Below are positions 36,536-45,814 of a DNA stretch of 64,000 nt, piece after piece. How positions within the stretch are numbered: position 1 is the stretch's first letter; each line of letters opens with the position of its first letter. The stretch lies in the IMG/VR virus record IMGVR_UViG_3300003690_000090, positions 8,989 to 72,988 of that record, one strand, 5' to 3'. Source of the stretch: a virus. The translations under genes and the position numbers were made by a program. Under the pieces are notes generated by a model. It was not told the origin of the DNA. It was given only the letters and a program-made list of their open reading frames with translations, and did no database searches.

Positions 36536-36857
36536 GGCTGGTATTCATGCATTGAAGCGTGAGCTTCGTCAGTTTGTAGGTGCATGGCACTTGTTTCTGT
36601 CGGGTGAGGTTGTTGAGGAGCATCGGTGGCGGTGTGTACCTGGCTGGGCGAAGAAGGTTCCTGGGATGCTGGACGAGGAATGGATCTTGTTTGATTTGGA
36701 CAAGCATGTTGGTAATCCGTGGCGGATTCGGTTTTTGCGTAGTGTGTTGGACCAGGTGGTTGGTTGGAGTGCGAGTGGAGATCTGATCGAGGGTGTATTG
36801 CCGTCGATTGACACAGCGGTAGAGATGTTCGAGGAGTTGTTTGGTGTTGAAGAATGA
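36504..36857 (+). CDS. Hypothetical protein, 117 aa
   Basis: Fills the operon gap before rusA. Confidence 0.5.
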   Translation: MMFEVVGTGDEAGIHALKRELRQFVGAWHLFLSGEVVEEHRWRCVPGWAKKVPGMLDEEWILFDLDKHVGNPWRIRFLRSVLDQVVGWSASGDLIEGVLPSIDTAVEMFEELFGVEE

Positions 36858-37287
36858 GCTGTTGCTGGCAGCGTTAGTGCCAGGTGATCCGATTGGTAAG
36901 GGCAGGCCGCGTGGCACTGTGCGTGGTGGATATGTGAAGATGTACACGCCGAAGCGGACAGCTGATTGGGAGAGGGCTGCGGCGTTGCTGGTCCGGAATG
37001 CATGGAAGCGTGCGCCGTATGAGGGTCCAGTGCATGTGGAGTTTGATGCTGTATTTCACCGGCCGAAGCGATTGCTTCGCAAGCGAGATCCTGAGCAAAG
37101 GGTCTGGCACACGTCCAAGCCAGACATAGATAATGTTGCGAAGAGTGGATTGGACAGCTTGGTTATGGCTGGAATGATCCGAGATGATGTGCAGTGTGTC
37201 TCATTGCAATGTCGGTCAATGTATTCATCGAAAGTAGAGGGTCCTTGTTTGGAGGTGCGTGTGTATTCAGTTGACGAGCTTCCTTGA
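36841..37287 (+). CDS. rusA: RusA-family Holliday junction resolvase
   Basis: P.GKGRPR, YTP..T, KPDIDN..K..LD.L, DD.Q motifs. Confidence 0.88.
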   Translation: MVLKNELLLAALVPGDPIGKGRPRGTVRGGYVKMYTPKRTADWERAAALLVRNAWKRAPYEGPVHVEFDAVFHRPKRLLRKRDPEQRVWHTSKPDIDNVAKSGLDSLVMAGMIRDDVQCVSLQCRSMYSSKVEGPCLEVRVYSVDELP

Positions 37288-37310
37288 CAGGGCTACGTTT
37301 CGATCGAGGT

Positions 37311-37381
37311 CACTTTCATTTGTGATCCTCGTGTTTGTGTTGTCGGGAGCCCCCACAGTCCAGTGGGGGTTCCTTTTTTTT
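37311..37381 (+). ncRNA. Candidate anti-RBS small RNA 1 (may derive from the rusA 3' UTR)
   Basis: CAT...TCCTCGTGTTTGTGTTGTC is complementary to early leaders; ends in an 11-bp stem + T8. Confidence 0.45.
37346..37381 (+). terminator. Intrinsic terminator
   Basis: GGAGCCCCCAC-agtcca-GTGGGGGTTCC + T8. Confidence 0.85.
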
Positions 37382-37411
37382 GCGCAAACGGTTGCTTGCG
37401 TTATTCTTGTT

Positions 37412-37504
37412 ATGTCAAGCTACCAGCCTGTCCTCGGTTAGCGGACCACACGCCGCTTGCCTCCCTAAAGCCCCCAGGTGCTCAACAGCGGCCTGGGGGC
37501 TTTT
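37412..37504 (+). ncRNA. Candidate small RNA 2 (~90 nt) with its own promoter and terminator
   Basis: TTGCGC-16-TATTCT upstream; TGTCCTCG and GCCTCCCT anti-SD tracts; 12-bp terminator stem. Confidence 0.4.
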
Positions 37505-37510
37505 CATTCT
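37467..37510 (+). terminator. Intrinsic terminator
   Basis: AAAGCCCCCAGG...CCTGGGGGCTTT followed by a T-rich tail. Confidence 0.75.
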
Positions 37511-37550
37511 TGGGTAACGGGGTATTATTGGACATCGATCCGGAGGGGAC

Positions 37551-39344
37551 GTGGCCTCGAGTAAAGAATCATATGACGCCCTTCTTAGGCAGATCAATAG
37601 TGGGGGCAACATCTCTCGACTTGGGGGAACGTCGGAATGGTCCCGAGGTGGCCCTGGGGCCAGGAGTAACTGGGAGATGCTTTCTGACGGCTTCGACGAC
37701 ATGCTTCGAGAAGTGCAAGCCGATGTGAATAGCGGCAGGATGAGTAAAGAGGCTGCGGAGGAATATGTAGAGGCTCGTGTGGTCGCCACAAAGAGGATCT
37801 TTATTGAAAGGACAGACACAAAGTTTGAGGGAAGTATTCGTGGTGGGCCGGGAGGGCTACGGTGGATGGATGCCCCCGAAACAGAGGCCGGGCGCATGAT
37901 GGAGGCGAGCGCGGCGCAGGCGGAAAGAAAAGTTCCTGGCTCGCGGCAGACCTTGGCAAATGTACGGGTTCCAAAACGGGGACTGGGTGGCTTCTCATTG
38001 GAGGACCTTCTGAAAATAGGCAAGAAAGGGGCCAAAGCAGTGCCTTTGTTTGGTCTTGCAGCGGAGTTCGCTGACATCCCCGAGGCGCAAGCCAGCACGA
38101 TGGGTTCGAGGTACGAGAGTGCCCCCAAGGCAAGAGAAAGGCAGGAGCGGGACATTGAATCTGAACAGTTCCTGGCCGATGAGCCCCCGTCTGGCATGAC
38201 CCGGTTCGCTGGGCCGGGAGGGGGGAAACGATACGCCGCCGAGCGATTTGGAACGAGCCAGGTTGACGTGATCCGAGAAGCGGAGCGCAGTTACCTGCAG
38301 GGCATTGCGAATGCTACGGGTGGCGAATCGCGGTTTACGATTGAGGAGATGCAGCAGGCGTTGGCCGAGGGACCGCCGCAGGAGACTGTAGAGCGCAAAG
38401 AGCTGGAGGAATCGGGATTTCTCGAGCCGACGCAGCGGATGCGTGGATTCTTTGAAGAGATTGGGATGACTGGCGAGCATGGTCCGGTGGAGGAACCGGA
38501 TGCGCCTCCGGAGGTTGAGGCTCGCATAGCGATTGGATCGAGTGCGATTATTGGTGGTCCGGGTGCGGGGACGATGACGCAGAAGAACTTTGTGGACTTG
38601 GTGAATCGCCAGACGAAGCAACCGATTGGTCGGTTCCGTGTTGGTGACTACGTGCCTGGTCTGGGCAACATCGACGACATTGGCGAGCGTGTTTCGCGCC
38701 GACCTGGCCGTCCGGAGATTGACGTACCTGCGATTCGGATTGTCCCGGACGACAAGTCAGTGAAGCCGTACTGGATCATGGGTCACGACTTGGTGCCACC
38801 TGGTACGGAAGATGTCTTGGCGCAGTGGATGGAGCCAGAGGGAAGATGGGGGCGGGGGAGGGACGCTGAACGAGCATTCGGGAACCTTATGCTTCAGCAG
38901 GAAGAGGTGCACGAAGCGGACATGTCGTTTGATCCAACCGCCTACTTCCCATTCGGGGAGAAACCGCCTGGACTAAGGCTCGATCCTTCACTAAGCGACT
39001 ATGAACATATGGAATCCGGCGACCAAGTCCCCTGGGAGTCCGACCTGTATGATTACAGTCAAGTCCCCTCCTGGCAGTCCGACCTGGACCAGGGATTGTT
39101 GGCCGACGACCAGCAAGTTGCAGACGATGAGCTCTTGCAGGACCTGATGGGTCTCGAGGCCGGCAGCTCGGAAGAGGCTGCGATGCGGTCTATGCGCCGC
39201 GAGAATGGTGGTGTTGCGGCGGAAGAGGTTTACGGCGTGAGCTTTGATGGCGAGGACTTTGTGGCTGTGGACACAGCTGGCAGGGGAACGTACTACTACA
39301 ACTCAGATACTGGCGAAAGTTTTTGGGGTGACACGGAGGGTTGA
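37551..39344 (+). CDS. Large acidic hypothetical protein, 597 aa
   Basis: GGAGGGG RBS with GTG start; long ORF. Confidence 0.7.
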   Translation: MASSKESYDALLRQINSGGNISRLGGTSEWSRGGPGARSNWEMLSDGFDDMLREVQADVNSGRMSKEAAEEYVEARVVATKRIFIERTDTKFEGSIRGGPGGLRWMDAPETEAGRMMEASAAQAERKVPGSRQTLANVRVPKRGLGGFSLEDLLKIGKKGAKAVPLFGLAAEFADIPEAQASTMGSRYESAPKARERQERDIESEQFLADEPPSGMTRFAGPGGGKRYAAERFGTSQVDVIREAERSYLQGIANATGGESRFTIEEMQQALAEGPPQETVERKELEESGFLEPTQRMRGFFEEIGMTGEHGPVEEPDAPPEVEARIAIGSSAIIGGPGAGTMTQKNFVDLVNRQTKQPIGRFRVGDYVPGLGNIDDIGERVSRRPGRPEIDVPAIRIVPDDKSVKPYWIMGHDLVPPGTEDVLAQWMEPEGRWGRGRDAERAFGNLMLQQEEVHEADMSFDPTAYFPFGEKPPGLRLDPSLSDYEHMESGDQVPWESDLYDYSQVPSWQSDLDQGLLADDQQVADDELLQDLMGLEAGSSEEAAMRSMRRENGGVAAEEVYGVSFDGEDFVAVDTAGRGTYYYNSDTGESFWGDTEG

Positions 39345-39347
39345 GAC

Positions 39348-39881
39348 ATGAGCAGGACACCACAGCAGCTTTTGGCGGATGGCCGAGAAGTGCATGAAAA
39401 AATGGAAGAGGATGGGCTTGATCCGAGCGAGGAAGAGCGCCGCCGCAATCCATTGGCAGATGCTGCGTACCAGAAACGCGTAGCGGCAGTAAGCCGCAAG
39501 CAGGCCGTTGAGGAGAAACGCGCCGGCCAGACAGCCAATTTCTACAAGGGCATGGAGTTGGCGGGCCAGGCCGCAAAGACCTTTGGTCCTGAGTTGACAA
39601 AGGGGGTTGCCACCTTGCAGGCTCGCGGTGGGGAGTTTGATCAGAGACGGATGGGGGCGATCGGAACCGAGGCCCGCCAGGACATTCTTCAAGATCCGAG
39701 AGTGGATGTGAACACCTTGGGTGCTGATTTTCTCTCGCAGCCGAGCTCGGTGGATATGACGCGAAACCCCGAGCTGTATGCGCAGCAGACCGGCGTTGAC
39801 TACTCTCCCACGCAAGTGGAGCTAACCCCCGGCCAGACCACGGGGATTCGGGCGGCGTTTGCGAGGATTTTCGGTGCCTAA
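39348..39881 (+). CDS. Hypothetical protein, 177 aa
   Basis: GGAGG RBS. Confidence 0.65.
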   Translation: MSRTPQQLLADGREVHEKMEEDGLDPSEEERRRNPLADAAYQKRVAAVSRKQAVEEKRAGQTANFYKGMELAGQAAKTFGPELTKGVATLQARGGEFDQRRMGAIGTEARQDILQDPRVDVNTLGADFLSQPSSVDMTRNPELYAQQTGVDYSPTQVELTPGQTTGIRAAFARIFGA

Positions 39882-40197
39882 GCGAAGCAAACAATCTCAC
39901 GCGGAGAAACCAGAACAAAGGAAGCGACGGGCTGGGAACAACAAAGCCAACGACATTCTGAGGAGCTTGGGCCGCATGAAGAAGGGTGATGGAAATGATG
40001 CTCACCACAAAGACGGCAATCCGCTCAATAATGCAGTATCGAACCTGGTAGCGAGGAAGCGCGGTCCCAATCGCGCTGATAAGCGGGATCACGGGTGGAT
40101 TGTCTCAAAGGCCAAGCACCTCATGAGCAAAGAAGGAAAATCCAAGAAGGCTGCATTCGCCCAAGCCTATTCCATGGAGAAAGAACGTCGTGGCTGA
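39874..40197 (+). CDS. Small basic HNH-like protein
   Basis: DAHHKDGNPLNN..SNL.......NR HNH motif. Confidence 0.65.
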   Translation: MPKRSKQSHAEKPEQRKRRAGNNKANDILRSLGRMKKGDGNDAHHKDGNPLNNAVSNLVARKRGPNRADKRDHGWIVSKAKHLMSKEGKSKKAAFAQAYSMEKERRG

Positions 40198-43100
40198 TCC
40201 TGTTGGCGACAGCGTTCTTCAGGCGGCAATGCAGATGCCCTTGAAAAAGGGTGCCATTGAACTGGCGAGGCGAGCAGCACCGGTCGCGGCGCCTGCGTTG
40301 AGAACTCTTGGGCGGGCAAGCACTGTTGGGACAGTTCTATCTCTGCTCGAGTCCAGGCCAGTCGGCGAGGGTTCCACGATGACCCCTAAGGATTGGAAAG
40401 AACTAGAGTGGACCGCTGATCAGAAAAACTGGGTGGAGCAACAGCCTGGCTACGAACCACTTGGGGCGCCTCCAGCGAGTTTCCAGCAGCAGACCAGGGC
40501 CCAACTCACGGGCGCACCCCCCTCCAGACCACCCTCCACACCCGATAAGACGTAGCGAAGACGAGGAAGCGCTCGAGGCCACCACGGAGATCCCCAAAGA
40601 GACTGGTGTGTTCTTGGGTTGGCCAGCCCTGGAGTTGACGAAGGGGTTGGCGTCTGGATTGGAGCGTCAACTTGCCGAAGAAGTAGGACCGATTGCGGAT
40701 GATATTCAAGAGCGTTCGCTGGACATCATGGTGGCAATGGAAGACCTTGAATCGGAACGTGTTGAATTGCTTGACATGGGCCCGGACCCCGAAAGAGGTC
40801 GCGGAAGTGGAACAGGAGATTGGAACCGCCAAGAGCAGCGCCTGGTCGAGATCACCAATGAGTTGAAGGAACAGCAGGAGCTGCTTGACATAGAAACTGA
40901 CGTGGCCGCAAACGCTCGTCAAAGAGCACGCGGCAAGCCGCACAGTGTGTTCGTGGTCGATAAGCTGACGCCTGGTGAGGCCCGGTGGTTTGAAACGATG
41001 AACCGGGCAGACCTTGAGGACATGGCCGAACACGGCATCACCAGGCTGGACGATGGTTCGATCCATGTTGCGGATATGGACCGGGCGTTTCAGTACATTG
41101 ATGATGTGGTGATGAGTCACATGAGCGATCCGGCTGATGTCCGCCCGCCGCCGTCATTTTGGAAGAACACGTTTCTCAACAAGGCAGTGAAGACCACCGT
41201 GCCGGGCCGTCCGCCCATTCCAAGCCTTACAGCGAGCCCGGAAGGTCGCGGAGCAATGGAAGCCGCGCTCATCAACATGGAAGCACCGAGTCCGTTTAAG
41301 GGCGTTTCACAAGCAGACTTTGCGCTGGCAGATGAGATTCTTCGCCAGAGCATGGGTGATGACGCCTACCGGGCATTCAAAGACGTTTCCCGCCAAACGC
41401 GTGAGTTGCGCATGCATGCGGGTCTTTCTTCTGGAGATCTGGCGCAAGAGTTGGAACAACTAGCGAAGGATCTGCTCGAGAGCCACGAGGCAGAGGTTCG
41501 CGTCCAGCAGCTGGAGGGCGCCCGGTTCATGCCTGGCGATGCGGCGAAACAGACGATTGAGGCATTGAAAGCCGAGCGTATTGGCATTGGGTATCGGTCT
41601 GTTGGGAATCTGGCCCAGTCGTTTCGCCAGCAAGTGTTTGATACTTGGCCAGGTGGCCGTGATCTGATGTCCGAGGAGTTGGTGAAGCGCATTGAGCAAG
41701 AGGTGGATGAGATTCAAAAGCGCGTGGATTGGGCTGTGGAGAAATCGTACACGAACGATCCTGCGGCGAAAAAGGCGATATCAGAGGCGATTGAGCGCTT
41801 TGGATCTTTGCAGACGCATGTTGCGAGACAGCACGCAACAGCAGCTGGAGACGCGGCGGTAGCAAAGGCGGGCATGCGCCTGGATGACCCGGATCTTCGC
41901 TGGACCGGCGAGGGCGAGGCGGTGCGTGTTCCGGACAAGAAGATTTCAGAGCACAAGCAAGGCTACCGGTACCGGGCGAACCGTGGATTTCCCCATTCGG
42001 TTGCAGTTGAGGGTCCGGACGGAAAGATGCTGGGCTTCATGAGCGTGGAAGACTTGCCTGGAGATTACAAGCGCGTTGGCGACATTCCTGGGTTGATGGA
42101 GCCTGGTGGCGTCTGGGAGCCTGTGGCCGCCAAGAAAGTCTTGACCACGGTTGAGGTGTTGGGTTCGGAAGTCAATATCGGGTTTAGGGACCTGGACGCG
42201 AAGATGGAGGCTTTGCAGGCGAAACTGAAGATGCATGATCCGTTTTCGAATGCAGCCGAATTGATTGAGAGCGAGATCGAGATGGTGCATGTGGAGATGT
42301 CTGGTCGTATTCAGAAACAGCGGGCCTATAAGTTTCTAAAAAATCCTCTCAGCCTTGTTCAAATGGCCCAGGAAGCCCTGGAAGCTGGAACGCTTCGAGA
42401 CGCGGGTGGCGCGTCTGCCGAACAAATTATTGACGCCTGGGAGAGGGCGCAAGCTCTACCTGCTGTAGAACCTCCGGCGCCCCGTCTTCCAGCCCCAGAA
42501 GCACCTGCGCCCAGTGGTGCAATGGCCCCATCGTTCACTGGCGAGTACAAAGTGTTCATCGAGCCTCTTGAGGGGTTTGCCGATCACATTGAGATCCACG
42601 ATCAGAACCAAAAGCTAATTTATCGAGGAACTAGTCGTGCCGACGGGGTCCGCGCCATTCAGGCGCATGTAAAAGAGGCCGGACATAGCGACTGGTATGC
42701 CGACTACTATGGCGATCCGGTTGATCGGCCAGGCGAGCCTACTGGCAGATGGACCCGTTCCAGCATGGGGACGTTTCCGAGCGCCAGAGCCGAACAACCA
42801 ACCGCCGCACCAGAAGCCCCCCGTCTTCCAGCCCCAGAAGCACCTGCGCCTATTGCGCCAGCAGAACGCAACCTGGTCCAAATGACCCTAAACGAGTTGG
42901 ATGAATCGACTCGACGTATGATCTGGGAGGACGCCAACACGGTGTTTGGTGAACACGGGCTTCTCGATCGTGAACAAATGATCAAGAAGATCCAAGAAGG
43001 CGCTAAACGCGCCGGGGTTCCCGAGGAAAGAATCGCTCAAGTGATCGATGGGGTGATCGATTCCTACAAGCCAGCTGTGGAACGGGTCAGGCTGGGCAGA

Positions 43101-43544
43101 CCAAAGCATGTGATTCCCCGCCTACCGCCCCCAATAGCACCTAAAACCAGCCTTACCAAGCCTGTTCTTAGGTCTGTCGCCAGTGCGTTTCCGACAGCCG
43201 TAAAGTGGACGCCACTCGATTTGCTAGTCGAAACAACGGGCTTCAAATTGCCGACGGGCATGACTCCTCCGCTGATGCGGACAGCGGGAGAGCCATACGA
43301 TGTATACCAAGAACGCACGATAGAACGAGAGGCTGGAGCTAAGGCTCGTTTTGCCGAAGAAGAGTACTGGCGCACCCATACTGTCGATCTCAACCAAATG
43401 TCTCCGGCAGAGCGGATTCGGTACGACGCCTGGCAGAAACGAGAGGCAGAGACCGAAGAATTGCTACAGCAATACCTGTTCAATCCTGATTTGGGTCCTG
43501 ATTCTCCCCGTCCGGGGTATCTTCCGTATCTGGACGAGGACTAG
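40190..43544 (+). CDS. Large hypothetical protein (~1117 aa if the two ORFs are joined across a C6 run)
   Basis: ORF 40190-40555 overlaps a 1027-aa frame that lacks a good start; removing one C at 40517-40522 fuses them. Confidence 0.55.
42480..42850 (+). repeat. 32-bp direct repeat (42480-42511, 42819-42850) encoding PRLPAPEAPAP
   Basis: Exact match; in-frame spacing of 339 bp. Confidence 0.9.
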
Positions 43545-43719
43545 CGCTGAATGTTCGGTATGCTTCGGCAAATCGGTTGGTCAATCGGACCATATAGCCG
43601 TCCGGGTCTTTCTCGAAGCTATCCCCGCCAGCCTTGCTGTCTGCCAGCACTTTTTCGTAGATTTCGCCCGCCGGAAGGTAGTCAACTCCAGCCTTTGGCT
43701 TGTCCTTGGTGTTAGCCAT
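43480..43719 (-). CDS. Hypothetical protein, 79 aa, divergent from the terminase operon
   Basis: MANTKDKPKAGVDYL...; fills an otherwise empty gap. Confidence 0.4.
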   Translation of the reverse strand: MANTKDKPKAGVDYLPAGEIYEKVLADSKAGGDSFEKDPDGYMVRLTNRFAEAYRTFSASPRPDTEDTPDGENQDPNQD

Positions 43720-43748
43720 GGTAAATATGGTAACAAACGGAGACGCCA

Positions 43749-44252
43749 ATGGACACCACGAAAAAAGGCGATCGGCCATCTGAAGTTGTGCAATGGATCG
43801 ATCCAGAAGCCTACAACTTCGAACCCACGGACCGGCAAAAGGCATTTCGCAGGCATGTTAGGCACTGCGTAACCAACGGAATCTTTCTCAAGAGCCGCTG
43901 GTACACCGAGTGCCTGAAATCAAACGCCGACAAGCTGAAGAAGCACCCAGTTGGCTCGAGTGATTGGCGGCAGTGGGTCAAAAAGGCTGGATTTCTGGCC
44001 TGGTTCTACGAAGAGTTCCCAGAGGTTGACCCCATTTCGGACGAAGAGCTCCGGATGATGGACAACAAGTGGTGGGATGGCGTACTGCAGGCCATGCACG
44101 AAGGAGAAGAGTGGGCGTACAAGATTTTCGCTCGCGTGCGCTTCCACAATGCCGAGATTGTACAAGCCAAAGAAGAAACCAAAGAACTCAAAGACTACCT
44201 CGGGCGCGACAGTGCGGGCGGGGCATGGCGGCTTCCATCTGCTGAGGCCTAA
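43749..44252 (+). CDS. Putative terminase small subunit
   Basis: GGAG RBS; coupled to terL (TAATG); positional inference only. Confidence 0.5.
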   Translation: MDTTKKGDRPSEVVQWIDPEAYNFEPTDRQKAFRRHVRHCVTNGIFLKSRWYTECLKSNADKLKKHPVGSSDWRQWVKKAGFLAWFYEEFPEVDPISDEELRMMDNKWWDGVLQAMHEGEEWAYKIFARVRFHNAEIVQAKEETKELKDYLGRDSAGGAWRLPSAEA

Positions 44253-45814
44253 TGCACCCCGATCTGGACAGGCGCATCCAAGCGCTGGCTGATGACCCAC
44301 GGGAATTCATCGCCAGGCTGAAGCTCGTGGACGAAAAAGGCCAGGAGAGAAGGTTTGATACGCCATTTCCAGAGCAAGTGCTTGCATTGGACGATTTTAT
44401 GTCCGATGCCAAGACGATCATCCACTACAAGCCCAGGCAGATCGGCGATACCACCGTTTCATGCGCCTACAACTACGACTACACCTACTGGGCCACGGAT
44501 CCAGTGCGAACATTGGTGGTTGCGCACACCTATGACACGACTGATGCCATTTTCGACAAGTTCAAGCACTTCCACCGGTCATTGCCGCATGCCATGCAGC
44601 GCGACACGGACAGATCCAACCGAAAGGAGTTGATCTTCTCGGATACGCAGGCGGGGTTCCGATGCCTGACTGCCGGTGGTCGCGGCCAGGGTAGAGCATG
44701 GACCTACCAGCGACTACACGCCGACGAGCTCGCGTTCTGGCCGAATGCTCATGAAGTCTGGGCATCAATCACGTCGACCATGCACGAGGGACCGCACCTC
44801 AAGAGCATCATCCTATCGACGGCGAATGGACCAGGAAATCTCTTTCATGAGAAGGTACTTGCGGCGATTGAGGCGCAGCGGCAGGGCGACACTAGCATTC
44901 AGTTTCGATTTTTCCGATGGTGCGATCATTCGTCCTATGCAAGAGAGCCCGCACCTGGTTGGGAGCCGGATCAGGAAGAATATGATCTTGCCCAAACCCA
45001 CGGGCTAACTCTCAATCAGTTGTACTGGCGGCATCACAAGATCCACGGTGTAGATGGAATTGGCATTACCAATTTCCGCCGTGAGTATCCCCTTACAGTT
45101 GAAGACGGGTTCGCCCATTTTGATGGCTCTTGGTTCGATTCTGACTACCTGAACGAGGTTCTTTCAAGCATACGACCAAGAGAGGGCGAACTTCGAATAT
45201 ACGAGCGGCCAGAGCCCGGCATGACCTATTCAATGGGTGTTGACCCATCTTGGTGTAACGGTGGGGACTATGCGGTGGCCCAAGTGCTTTCTCATGACGG
45301 AAGGCAGGTCGCTACGTTGTCTATGAACATGGGCGGTGAGATTCTCTTTGCCACCAAAGCAGCCGAGCTGGCCATGCATTTCAACAAGGCCAGAACGCTT
45401 ATCGAGTCCAACCCCGGCGGGGCAGGCACTGTCGTCCTGCGGGAATTCATCAAGGCAGGCATTCCGCTATGGACGAAACCAGCACCGCCTGGTCGTGTAG
45501 CCTACAAGACCCCAAAGTATTGGACGACTACTCGAGGAGCGAAGGAAGAGGGGTATGCGCATTTGCGCCAAATGGTAAATAGTGACGCAATGACCCTGAA
45601 TGATTCTTCCACCGTTCAGGAACTGATGCACATCCGCGAGGTTATCGGTAAAATCGAGGGCCAAGATGGCTACCATGATGATCATGCGGATGCGATTATG
45701 CTAGCCGAGTGGAACCGCAGAACACTGCCGCAGGCTAAGATACTTCCGCTTGGTGGCCGGCGTCGTTATGTTGCCCACCGAAACCCGTTTGCTTCTGCCA
45801 ATAGGCCGCACTGA
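44252..45814 (+). CDS. terL: Terminase large subunit
   Basis: KPRQIG.TT Walker A-like motif, LHADELAF Walker B, STANG, F.REYP, GVDPS..D, IESN, HDD..DA nuclease motifs. Confidence 0.93.
   Translation: MHPDLDRRIQALADDPREFIARLKLVDEKGQERRFDTPFPEQVLALDDFMSDAKTIIHYKPRQIGDTTVSCAYNYDYTYWATDPVRTLVVAHTYDTTDAIFDKFKHFHRSLPHAMQRDTDRSNRKELIFSDTQAGFRCLTAGGRGQGRAWTYQRLHADELAFWPNAHEVWASITSTMHEGPHLKSIILSTANGPGNLFHEKVLAAIEAQRQGDTSIQFRFFRWCDHSSYAREPAPGWEPDQEEYDLAQTHGLTLNQLYWRHHKIHGVDGIGITNFRREYPLTVEDGFAHFDGSWFDSDYLNEVLSSIRPREGELRIYERPEPGMTYSMGVDPSWCNGGDYAVAQVLSHDGRQVATLSMNMGGEILFATKAAELAMHFNKARTLIESNPGGAGTVVLREFIKAGIPLWTKPAPPGRVAYKTPKYWTTTRGAKEEGYAHLRQMVNSDAMTLNDSSTVQELMHIREVIGKIEGQDGYHDDHADAIMLAEWNRRTLPQAKILPLGGRRRYVAHRNPFASANRPH

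Noticed and set aside
37412-37504. IS200/IS605 omega-RNA or tRNA
   Set aside because: Only a superficial GTCAA start; no tnpB/iscB nearby and no cloverleaf or T-loop consensus
39874-40197. Mobile homing endonuclease or intron
   Set aside because: Short HNH-like ORF coupled to its neighbours in the operon; no interrupted host gene or intron structure seen
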